The notes under the pieces are model-generated. The model searched no databases. It saw nothing but the letters and a program-made list of their open reading frames with translations, and was not told the origin of the DNA. A stretch of 64,000 nucleotides of DNA, from positions 1-64,000 of the forward strand of contig JALDZS010000047.1 of assembly GCA_022813965.1 (NCBI GenBank), read 5' to 3'. This document shows positions 36,200 through 47,146 of the stretch, piece by piece (position 1 is the stretch's first letter; each line of letters starts with the position of its first letter). Source of the stretch: Toensbergia leucococca. Lineage: Eukaryota. A program made the position numbers and the translations under genes.

Positions 36200-38667
36200 A
36201 ACAGAATGAGACTTGATTTAGAAAAAAATGAGTGTACGGATACGCTGGGGGGGGAATCGAAGTCCTCAGAGATGCATGTGTTGATGATCTTGGAGTTGAA
36301 AATGTGACGGCAATTGTGGCGAACCCTTCTACTCAGAACTACTCCGTCACCACCGTAGCTTACTTAGATGTTGAGGACACATCCTTTGAGACCAGCAAGA
36401 CCTTTTCCATTTCCGACTCCCATAGTTCGAGAGTAATGATACCAGCACCATAGTGACCAGCGTTTGCAGCTAAGATAATCAACCAGACGTTAAAGTAGCG
36501 GTAAGTACGATTATGAGACTACCGGTGATGGAACTCCTAATTTGAGACCTCTGCTACAGTAAATGGGCTCCCATTACCTTGCACGGAGGTATTATTTTAG
36601 ATTCTCATACGGAGTACTAATCTTCAACACCAAAGTCACGATTTGTTAACATTGAGCCTAAGCCATAATACCGTACTGATCGATGATATTTGGTGTTCCT
36701 TGCATATTCGATAGTACAGTTACATCACTACCTTAGTCATGCTAATTTCCCTGTTTTTAGCCGAGATGTCTAGATTGCCTTGTGCCTGGTATCTCAGTAT
36801 TTCCTAGGGTATCGAGTTATCAAATTATCATCTTTTACCTACCTAATACAATGACTTTCTCCAGTTCCCATAACATGACCTACCGACTTACATACCTGTA
36901 ACCTATCATCACGGTTTTTGGGTACGATTCTGAGCTTTCAAACACCGAGAGCACTTCTGGTTTGCACGAGAATAAGATGAAATTTTGGCATGCAAATCAA
37001 AATCACGACAATCGCCGAATCCTTACCTGCATACCACCTCCGAATCTTACGGAGGGTCTGCGACTAACTCGCACTATTTTCTAGAGACTTATATGCACGC
37101 AAAACCATTGAATTCGGACTCACGAGAATCGGCCGATTGTCTAGCAGCAGTAGGGTCAAATCGACAAATTACTGCCTCTATACCTTACCTCGTACCTGTA
37201 GACGATGCCCGGCCACATTTTCCTCAAACAACTAGCTGCATTATCACCTTACTACGTGCCTTAGACCTCACCACCGTTACCGTCAAGTGTATAGACCATG
37301 GAGGCTATGAGCAAAGAACAAGAGCATGGAACGTAAAGGCATTCAGGTACGGGCTACTGATACTCCTTGGGTATGGCTACGGAATGCATGCACGGTGCAA
37401 GGATAGTACCTTAGGGCTCTATCTCAATAGGCCGTAAGGGAATGGTTTTTTCTTCCTTTGGTGAGCCTCTTTCACAAATTTCCTCCACATGTCGTCGTGA
37501 TTGATACTATGCTAAATTAGGCCTAGCAGCTCGGCACACAAATTGAAAGTTCGCCCACCTACCTTACTCCGTAGCTAGCGAGCTACCTTGCTCATCCATC
37601 CTCTACCTACTACTTCATCATACAGAGTTCAGAGATGTTATCATATTCTCGCATTATCTCTATGCAACTTTGAATCGAATAGTAGAGGGAAATTAGCTAT
37701 CCTTTGCTACTGATGAAGTGAGAAGGCTAGGTACTGAATCCATGGTTTTGCAAGGAGTACCTTGGCTACTCACGCTACTACAGCTCAGTCAAACTTGCGA
37801 AGCACAGTAAGTCTAATTATTAAACAACCTTCTGATGGCCGCTAATCCCATCCTTCAGTATTACCTCATTAAACAAAACTCTTTTCAACGGTGTAATCGC
37901 CGGCATATGTATATGAGGTGTAGCCGCCATCGCCCTCCTAGTCAGCACCAACCTCCAAGAGCCAGCATAACGGTGGAGCATTGAGCAAGAACTAGTCGAG
38001 TAAACCCACCAGATACACCTGTTGCGAATATTTGGGCTATGGCTAAGAAAGTATCAGCTTTGATCTATCATATCATCATCTTTTTCGTCATATTCCCCTC
38101 TTTCGTCAAGAATAGGAAGAAACTGCCTCCGGTGGAGTTGACGGATCTCCCAGAGGATGTCAGCTTGAGGCTCAGGATAAAGTAGAAGTCAAATATGCGC
38201 AAGCCTTACAGGTGCTGAAAGAATGGCTGGTGTAGCAGATGGATAGTTCTAGAAGAGAGTTGTCTATCACAGAAGTAAAACAAGTATTTTTCTTGGTGCT
38301 CGAATGAGATTCTTTCCAATACGGCAAGGGGGATTGAAGTTGAAACTGTTACTCTCTATCGTTACTAAAGTATCAAGTTCCTTTCTGTAGACATTGTATT
38401 TCCATATTGAACTGAAAAAGGGGTTGGTAAGACGTTCATTAGTAAATGCTGCATTTCCGTACCTTCCCTCGCTTATCTTAGTGCGCTGAATCTACACATA
38501 ACCTTATGTTTCAACCAAACACCACACATCACGTCTCTACCTTACACAGCTCCTATCTACACAATCATCATCCACACTGTCATCACATCAATTATACACC
38601 AACTGATATCTTCACTTTTCACTTAGACAACAGTCAGCCTTTCTTGGTTGATAGCATTGCCTCTGCG

Positions 38668-41406
38668 ATGGCAAATCTACCGAAGTCTACCGCTACAATC
38701 CGGAAAGAATTCGAAGATTTCAAGGTTGAAGCTCGTCGTACCATTGACGAGACCAGAGGGTTGATGAAGTCGTGTCAGAAAGATGCGCAGAAGCTTTCTC
38801 CTAAGAGCCTACCACAAGACTTGCAGACCAGGCTTCTGAATGATGAAGAGGAGCATGAGTGGTATAGGCAGGAAGTCGAAAGGCTCAGAAAGAAAATCGA
38901 TAGATATCTAGGGCGGAGTGTCAATCTTGACCCACGGATCCTGGACGTTTCAAAGCAGCTGGCAGCCTTGAAAGAGGAATTGAAATCCACCGATCATATC
39001 GTCATTGACGATAAGGAGCAACGACTTATTCTGGAATCGATCAAGGAAATTCTGCAGACGAACCCCAGAGTTGCTGTGGCCTTGCATGCGGACAATAAGG
39101 GAATTGAGGATGCTTTGGAAAACTTGAGCTCGAAACAAAAAACTGTGACTAAACAGCTAGAAAGGGTCAGCAAGCATATCAGGGACCATCAAGACGATGT
39201 TATGACTACAGTACAGTCAGATATAGATCAAACCTTCACTTCCGATTTCAATTCTCTAAGGAATAAGCTTGACGATAGGGTTCAGCAGGTCACGGAGGAA
39301 AGGGAAGCTTTGGGTGTTGAAGCTAGCATCTTGTTCCAAAATGTAACAAGATTGGAGACTGAAGCCGAGGAACTCCGGAAAAACTATGAAACAGCCGTCG
39401 CCGATAAAGATCAAGCTTCGACCGACGCTAGCATCTTGTTCCAAAATGTAACAAGATTGGAGACTGAAGCCGAGGAACTCCGGAAAAACTATGAAACAGC
39501 CGTCTCTGAGAAAGATCAAGCTTTGACTGATGCTCAAACCTCGTTACAAGATGTAACAGGATTGACGGCTGAAGCCGAGGAACTCCGGTTTAGCTATGAC
39601 ACAGCCGTCTCTGAGAAAGATCAAGCTTTGACTGATGCTCAAACCTTGTTACAAGATGTAACAAGATTGACGGCTGAAGCCGAGGAACTCCGGAACAGCT
39701 ATGAGAGAGCCGTCTCTGAGAAAGATCAAGCTTCGACTGCCGCTGGTATCTTGTTACAAGATGTAACAGGATTGAAGGCTGAAGCCGAGGAACTCCGGTT
39801 TAGCTATGACACAGCCATCTCTGAGAAAAACCAAGCTTTGACTAATGCTCAAACGGACATTGCATCTCTGAGGGAAGACGCTGCTCAACTCCACGCAGAT
39901 AAAGACGGACTGAGAACAGCTTTGAACACTTCTCATGAGCGTCTTAAGCAAGCCGAAGCAAAAGTTCTTGAACTTGAGGATTTAGTGAAGATCAGAGGTG
40001 ACGAAACCACCAAGCTTTCTGATGCTCTGGCCGAAGAAAAGATAGTCTCCGCCTCATTGGGAGAGCGTGCGACTAAGCTCGGTATTGAGTACGACGACGA
40101 TAAGGCTCGAGCCCTCCAACAGCTTCGCGAGAAGCTTGTCAACGACAAAACCACGGAGATAAGGAATATTCGATCGGATCATGATAACCGCGTAGCCGAG
40201 CGTGAAACGGCGAATACCGAAGCAATGAAGAAGCTTCGGAGTGAGCTTACGTTGGACAAGGACAAGGCATTGCAAGAACTTCGAGAGAAGCTCGAGAACG
40301 ACAAAGACATGGGGATAAGGGCTCTTCAATCAGAGCATGACCTTGACGTAGCCGATCGTGAAGCGGCGAATACCGAAGCAATGGAGAAGCTTCGGAGTGA
40401 GCTTACGGTGAACAAGGACAAGGCATTGCAACATCAAGTGGATCTTCATGGAAAGGCTCTGCTACAGTGCATGCAGGGCCTCACACGATTGATTCACTCA
40501 GACGAGCACTGCGCACTGATAGATGAGACCATGGTCAAAGAGTACGGTGAACTCTATCCGATGCCCTCTTCGAGTCAAGAACAGAGTATGGGCATTGTGT
40601 TTCAGGAGAAGCCGTCCTTGGTGTTTGGTCCCCTACATGGACGGAGTGAAATCAAGGATTTTCAAGTCACTGCCTATCGCCTCTGGACGTCGGTGTGCCT
40701 TGATCTTTCAGTTTTCATAGACGCAGAGTCTTTTTTTAATTCTCGCGGCATTGAAGGAGTACAAGTGACAGTGCTACCTTTGATCCATTCATCAGTCTCA
40801 CACATGCTTGGTTCACTGATGAAGCAGGATAAGACACAGATGTCGCCGAGTATGGCCAAAATGATGATACTATTGATGTAGGGGTTGACTTATCTCTGCG
40901 CTGCCACAGAAGTCACACCTATTAGAACCAATCATCATTCTCTGCCAAGTCCACGCGAGATGATGAGTCAACTCACAAATTGGCTGAATGAGTCAGGGCA
41001 ATGTCTCATTCTGAATTCTGTCCGAGTCAATGTTGAGAACTTTCTTGACAACAGGATCAGTATTACATCTTGGATCAGGGATCTTCCACTCAGAAGATTA
41101 GATTCTACAAACAGTTCCTTGCCTGAAGGGTCTTATCTCTTTGCCGACAAGCTGTCAGGTCTATTCATTCTTCTGCAGAATTTTGAAGCACCTAAGGAAA
41201 TATTATGCATCTTTGAGTCTGACGATGTTGAAACAATCTACGTGGATTTAAGTCCGTCGCAGATTATCACATTAGCATTCAAGAAAATGTCAGATGCCTC
41301 AAATGTCTCATTGACTCTGGGAACAGGAATGTTACGTCATCGACCTGTATTGAAGTGGTTGATGGAGTTTCTTGCGTCAAAGCTTCAATACATTGAACCT
41401 ACATGA
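38668..41406 (+). pseudogene. Long coiled-coil repeat protein split by a single in-frame TAG (40879-40881)
   Basis: ORFs 38506-40881 and 40885-41406 share a frame, separated only by TAG GGG. Contains five 35-aa (105-bp) tandem repeats (~39320-39855) and a longer C-terminal duplicated block. Confidence 0.65.
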
Positions 41407-41439
41407 TTGAGAGCATGATGGTATAACGAAGAAGTCTTC

Positions 41440-41719
41440 AGGTCTCTTGAGTTAAATGTAGGCGTCACTGCCTGCTTTTGTCATTCTTGAGGGGCTTGAT
41501 TACTTGCGGTCCCTTGAGTGAAACGTAGGCGTCAATGCCTTCTTTTGTCAGTCTTGAGGGACTTGATTGCTTGCGAAAGTGTCCTTGAGTGAAACGTAGG
41601 CGTCACTGCCTTCTTTTGTCAGTCTTGAGGGACTTTGTCGATACGAGCTAAAGAGGAGGACGGGCGTAACAGCCCCCCACTGGCGGGCGCACTTTACGTG
41701 GGCCGTCAGAGGGGAAGTG
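41440..41719 (+). repeat. Tail module 3: three ~68-bp long-hairpin units (AGGC-GTCAMT-GCCT apex) and the terminal element (~41649-41719)
   Basis: Starts ~35 bp after the stop at 41406; units read directly from the sequence. Confidence 0.92.
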
Positions 41720-43489
41720 AAAAGGTTGGGAATGTCGACTCGGTCAGTGGTAGCAACCCAGTCCTTGCAGTCAACTGCAGCTGCGAGCTACAGTGATAGC
41801 AGCATTATTACGTCCTCCTTATTCAGTCAAACTTTACCATGATCTATGGACTCCCCTTATCTTACCTTTGCATAGAGATATTACCTTTGCATAGAGATAT
41901 TACCTCGAATTTGAACTACTTATAATGCTATAGGAAATGCTCTACATATATGGCAAAATCCTAGGTAATGCCCCTGTGCCATAAAGCCAAAATATGACTG
42001 ATAAGATGACTGAAACAGGCTCTATGCCTTGTCTACCAACTAATAAGCAACCACCTCATCCAACCGAGAATCCATTCCAGCCATGAAATTCAAAGTGTTG
42101 ATTGAATAATTCTAGTATTTTAGTGTCCGTATGGGCAACTGACATTCGCGGAACCACAAACGTCAACGAATTGGTTCGAGCCAAAATGAGAAGACTCCTC
42201 TGTCAAGACGTATCGAAGCTTGCTTTGACTTGCATTTCATGAATTTAGCAAAAGCTATGTTGCTTCATGTTTTACAGGGTAGCTACAGAGGTAATGTCAC
42301 TGCTTCTTCCCACGAACGTGTGGGATAGGGTTATAGCCCTAGTACTATTACCCTCTCAGTACTAGTCATTGTGTAGTGTAGAACTAGGCGAGCTGCATAT
42401 TTGCGAGCTCACATGTGGATAGCTTCTTCTACCTTACATACTAGAAATCTAGCTTGTCCTGCAACCAAACTTCAGACCCTGACAGATAAGATCAATTGCC
42501 TTTCTTCTACCGTTTAGATATGCTAATGAAAGTAATTCAGGCCCGTTTTGAACCCGACCGCCTGTACCTCAAATGCCATCACAAACGATCGAACACTCGA
42601 GGCATTTCAAGCTCTTTGAATATGGTACTTTCATCCAAACTGAATGCCTCAAGCCAGCTCAACAACTTCTCTTGGGTCCCACCAATATCACACGAAAAGA
42701 TCATACCATTCATGGTCGTTAGGCATCGATCCCACATTCACAATCCAGCCTTCAATACCCCGTCTTCATCTCATACATATGACGAGGATAAAGAATAAGC
42801 ACTTTTCAACGAAATCCATCGCCTCCGTGAACCCATGGCCGAAGACATCTCCTAGTATCAAGCTGAGCCAGCCAAGAGCGAACACGGCACCCCCCGCAGC
42901 AACGGTGACTGTAGTGAAGGAAACCTGGATATGAAAAAAGAGAGGCGGTAAGGGAGTGGAGTGGATAAGTACGCCTTTGAGAATGGAGCAGAGACTCCGA
43001 GCTACGGATGCAAACGGGGTTTGATTGAAGTATTTTTGAAATTCATGTGGGAACATGCATTTTCTTCTTAGATTTGTCTTGCGCTGCATAGCTTTTCCTA
43101 TTCCGCAGTAACCCTGGATTACGTAGTCTATCATCTCCCTTCCCTTCGTATTGATGTCATCCATCTCTTCAAGGTTCTCCTCTCTGCTGCAATAAATGTC
43201 TCAACATTCTAAGATAAGGGTGGAGTGGAAGCCGGAGCACTGCCACTGTTGTAAGTTGAACGTCTGACTGTATAGACATGAGCATTCGTAAGTCACGTGA
43301 TGTCATCAATTTATTACAAAAGGAATGATTGTATTAGTGTGTGGTGTATGGTGTTTCTAGTCTGAATCTTGGGACCTTTAAGTTTCGTCAAACAGAGCGT
43401 TTTCTACAATATACCTTGACTTCCATACTATCGCAATACATCCACTTCCATAATACTTTCCACTGTACAACCTACAACAACAAAGCACA

Positions 43490-45142
43490 ATGGCCGGAAC
43501 ACCTATGCGCTTTCCCTTCTCACGACTTATCGATTCTCCCCTCAGCCAACGAAGCCAATCAAGCCCAGATGGTGCAAAACCTCAGCCTCGGCCGTTGCCT
43601 TCAACGATCGCAACTGGTACAAATCCTTCGTCTGTTGATCCTGAAGAACCTATGCAGACTGAATGGCAGCATCAAATGATGGATGCATTCGATCATGATG
43701 GGTACTACGGCCTGGCCTTCAAAATGTATAGCTTTGCTTCTACACAGCCTGACCGCCAGAAGCCAACCTCCTCATGGGCCACGATTCTTGAAGATCGAGA
43801 TTCCAAAAGGTTGTACTTGTTGTTACTGTTAACGACATTACCGGAATTTATTATTCGTTCATTGATCCGGAATACATTGCCTTATGACTACTATCATGAC
43901 AAGGAACTTCGGTCATACGTTGACAAGTATATGACACCTGGAGAGTTTCCAGGTATATACGCCAATATTCCAACAATAGGTGCAGATACTTCATCCTATG
44001 CCATAGCACGTCAATACGAGAATCAAGGGAGATGGATGACCAAAAATCAAGTGGAGTCAATGGTCGCCAGGATTGAGAGCTACCTTGATTTTGTGCCTCA
44101 TTTTAATCAGGACGTACAAGACATAGATGCATATTTTCCTACATCTGATCCAAGTACACTAAATCGAGCTCAAAGTCATTCGAAACGTCGCTACGCTCCC
44201 ACATTAGCCTCTCGCACAAAGATTAAGCAATGGATTCGGGCAATCAAGCGACATTTCTGTACTGGTCTTGATGCTTCTCACGCAGATGTACCCTTCAAGC
44301 GGTGTCCAATGGAAATTGGCTGGTCATACAATGTCGATCAGAGACTTGGTCAATACAAGAATAACGCCAATACCACTTACATATATGGGGTTGTCAATGT
44401 GCTTACACGTCAACCACGCCCTGTAGGGCTTGGATTTCCTGTACCAGCACAATGGTCCATCTTTAGGATTTGGGAAAAGGATGTGACCTTGGTCAAAGTA
44501 GCAGAGATCACGGCGTCCCTACTGTGTTCATCATACTGGACACAAGGAGGTCTGAATTGTATAGAAGCTGGTGGTATGAGCTTAGAAGGCGTACCAGATG
44601 ATCTTCCTTCTTGGACAACTGCCATGCTATTCACATTGGACCAACAGTCTCGTCTGAACATTCTACTCTCTGAGTCACTTGAGTGGAAGAGAAGATCTGA
44701 GAGAACGAAAGCGGCATTAAGTCTTCCTGTCATGAAGAAAAAGTATGAGGACTTGAGACCAAAGGAAGTTGAGGCCAAGGATAAATTTCTAGAGTCCAAG
44801 GCCCGGATGGGACAGGTAGAGACTGAATTAAAAGCAGTCCGGAAAGAAGTGGAAGCACGCAGAATGGACTCTATACCTGAGAAGTCTCAAAACTTTCAAG
44901 ATATCATGATCAAACTGAATGAGATCAAAGAGAAGACTCGTATTAGGGAGGAGGTTGATCGACTTTTTAAGGCAACCATTTTCCGTCTTGACGATGAGCC
45001 CATTGAGAAGTCGTCAGATCCCCAGATTCAGAGGCTTGTAGATGAGAAAGTGGAGCGCAACGATGCCGAAAGTCTTTTAATAGGATACGAGGAGCCTTTA
45101 ACTTCGCCGCTTGCCTCACCAGACCCATCTCTCAATCTTTGA
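43490..45142 (+). CDS. Orphan protein with a putative divergent GIY-YIG nuclease domain and C-terminal coiled coil
   Basis: 550-aa ORF with PGIYAN ... MEIGWSYNVDQRLGQY ... VAEI ... GGLN, in the order of the GIY / YIG-R / E / N motifs. Confidence 0.55.
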   Translation: MAGTPMRFPFSRLIDSPLSQRSQSSPDGAKPQPRPLPSTIATGTNPSSVDPEEPMQTEWQHQMMDAFDHDGYYGLAFKMYSFASTQPDRQKPTSSWATILEDRDSKRLYLLLLLTTLPEFIIRSLIRNTLPYDYYHDKELRSYVDKYMTPGEFPGIYANIPTIGADTSSYAIARQYENQGRWMTKNQVESMVARIESYLDFVPHFNQDVQDIDAYFPTSDPSTLNRAQSHSKRRYAPTLASRTKIKQWIRAIKRHFCTGLDASHADVPFKRCPMEIGWSYNVDQRLGQYKNNANTTYIYGVVNVLTRQPRPVGLGFPVPAQWSIFRIWEKDVTLVKVAEITASLLCSSYWTQGGLNCIEAGGMSLEGVPDDLPSWTTAMLFTLDQQSRLNILLSESLEWKRRSERTKAALSLPVMKKKYEDLRPKEVEAKDKFLESKARMGQVETELKAVRKEVEARRMDSIPEKSQNFQDIMIKLNEIKEKTRIREEVDRLFKATIFRLDDEPIEKSSDPQIQRLVDEKVERNDAESLLIGYEEPLTSPLASPDPSLNL

Positions 45143-45444
45143 GGAGGATGAGCTGTACTGAAGCTGTGGGGGTTGTTACTTGGGCCACGAGCATGGTCAT
45201 GGAAATATACAGATCTTGGTTTTCGATCCAAGGCAGGTTCAGCCACCGTTTCCTTGCTACGCCTTACGGAGATACTCTGTTTGTTTGGCAGAATTCCCCT
45301 TGACACTTTGAAAGAGCATGCACCTTTTTCGAAACCCTATCGCCCAGAATCGCGTAAGGGTCGGCGCAAAATAGGTGGTTCGATGACTTTGAGGGGCATT
45401 CTTGCCACCGGCCTGTTTTTTGGTGGGTAGATGACACTCTTTCA

Positions 45445-45963
45445 AGTCACTTGAGTTAATTGTGGGCGTCGCTGCCTCTTTTGAGTGACTCTGATTGCCA
45501 TGAAACGAGGGAGAAAAGCCCCTGAGTTCATTGAATTAATTTGGGCGTCATTGCCTTTTTTATAATTCTTGAGCGACTCTGGGTGCTATGAAATGAGAGA
45601 AGAGCTCCAGAGTCACTTGAGTCAATTGTGGGCGTCATTGCCTCTTTTATAAGTCTTGAGTGACTCTGGTTGCTACCAAATGGGTCACTTGAGTCAATTG
45701 TGGGCGTCATTGCCTTTTTTATAATTCTCGAGTGACTCTGGTTGCTACCAAATGGGTCACTTGAGTCAATTGTGGGCGTCATTGCCTTTTTTATAATTCT
45801 CGAGCGACTCTGATTGCTAGTGAGATGAAGGAAAGGATGAGGAAGCCATGTGTACTCAGGTGTCAATACCTAGGTGCTGATATGGACTAAAGAGGAGGAT
45901 GGGCGTAAAAGCCCCCCATTAATGTGCGCACTATACGTGAGCAATTGAAGGGGGTTTGAAGTG
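45445..45963 (+). repeat. Tail module 4: five long-hairpin units (GTCACTTGAG...GGGC-GTCATT-GCC...CTYGAGYGAC), one AGGT-GTCAAT-ACCT hairpin and the terminal element (~45888-45963)
   Basis: Read directly from the sequence; lies downstream of the stop at 45142. Confidence 0.92.
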
Positions 45964-46180
45964 GCCAGACATCTGAATTGAACACTATCAAGCAAGAGGC
46001 AGGGATGGCCTCACAAATATCTTACCTGCAACTATTATCTCATCTACTCACATTGTGATATGCAGGTGATTCTCTAAGGCTGAATGATCCTTGTTTTCAG
46101 GCTGTCAAACTTACTGTAAAAGCAACTATCTAGTGAGTCTATGTTATGAATATTTCAGATATCCTTCACATGAGGGACTG

Positions 46181-46338
46181 TGATGTGTTAACGCATTGAG
46201 CTAGCACCTTACTTATAATAGCTAAGCGCACATCTAAGTATAGAGCTCACCTCATCACTTAGCTTTCTCATTCATTTATTATACTATTTAATCATACTTT
46301 ATCAGAGATATCATCTCATTATGTGATTATCTCTGACA
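46181..46338 (-). repeat. Inverted, more AT-rich copy of the 28357-28508 repeat
   Basis: Reverse complement tgtcagagataatcacataatgagatgatatctctgataaagtatg...aatgcgttaacacatca. Confidence 0.88.
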
Positions 46339-47146
46339 GTCTACTATAATTATAAGGATTCTTCTGATGATTGATGATAATCCCTTGTTATATCCCTCGC
46401 TCGTGATGATTCTAGGTGCCTCAGCACCTCACGGATATTCTAAATGATGATCCAGACCGGGGGCAAGGAACCTGAGATAGAACCATGACAACATGCCACA
46501 TGCCCACCAATGAGAATAAAGCCATCACCCTCGATGGCGTACCCTAGGCAAAGGCCTCATGCATCCTCCATGGTATGATCAAGATATCTGACCCGCTACC
46601 AGTTATGAGCCCAGCCTCCACGCCTAGCTCTTGCCCGTGTCACCTTGCGAGCACGTCTTCCTTCTACATCCATAGTCCATACCCAGGGCGTTGGCGGTGG
46701 CGATACACCCTAAGGTGACGATGCCAGGCGTTATTGGAATGGAATGATGCGTCACATTTGCGGATTTCTTCAATGTTTCTCGCACGAATCAACACGGCCC
46801 CTGTAGGAGTACTGTGGTGAGGAAAACTAGGGAAGAGAAACCTTTAGTAACCTCACATTCGTTGCAAGGGTAGGAACGGGGCCACTGGATTCAAACCATT
46901 TCTGGTGATACAGGTATGGTAAGAGAATATCTGGAGTCGTCGTGATTCGTCAGCCTCGTTGGTAAGTTGAGGCTGAAGACCCCACTTCGAGGCTGTGTTT
47001 GGGTGGAGCCTGATCTGCCACCAATTTTTTCTCGAACACTGGCAGTGATACTGACGAACCTACTCAGCGTTACGAACACTGTATTTCTTGTCTTCATCAA
47101 ATGTGTATTTTGCCTCTTACATTACTCTCTCCATACCAAGTGCGAT

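Noticed and set aside
36125..36205. Canonical Helitron 3' end or CACTA terminus
   Set aside because: No CTRR after the hairpin, no Rep/helicase, and no convincing inverted partner (only an 8-nt tcactccc match near 25201).
36500..38350. Possible gene (ORF 36985-37437 and an intron-like GTAAGT...GCTAAT...CAG near 37807-37857)
   Set aside because: No coherent reading frame or recognisable domain; probably a decayed pseudogene.
41495..41612. Hammerhead ribozyme suggested by GAAACG-TAGG-CGTC
   Set aside because: No CTGANGA core (CTTGATT instead), no stem I pairing, and the GAAAC is absent from the homologous units in other tails.
46601..46612. AGTTATGAGCCC, similar to the sequence following 5' LTRs of fungal copia elements
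   Set aside because: No adjacent LTR end or gag ORF; likely chance or too decayed to call.
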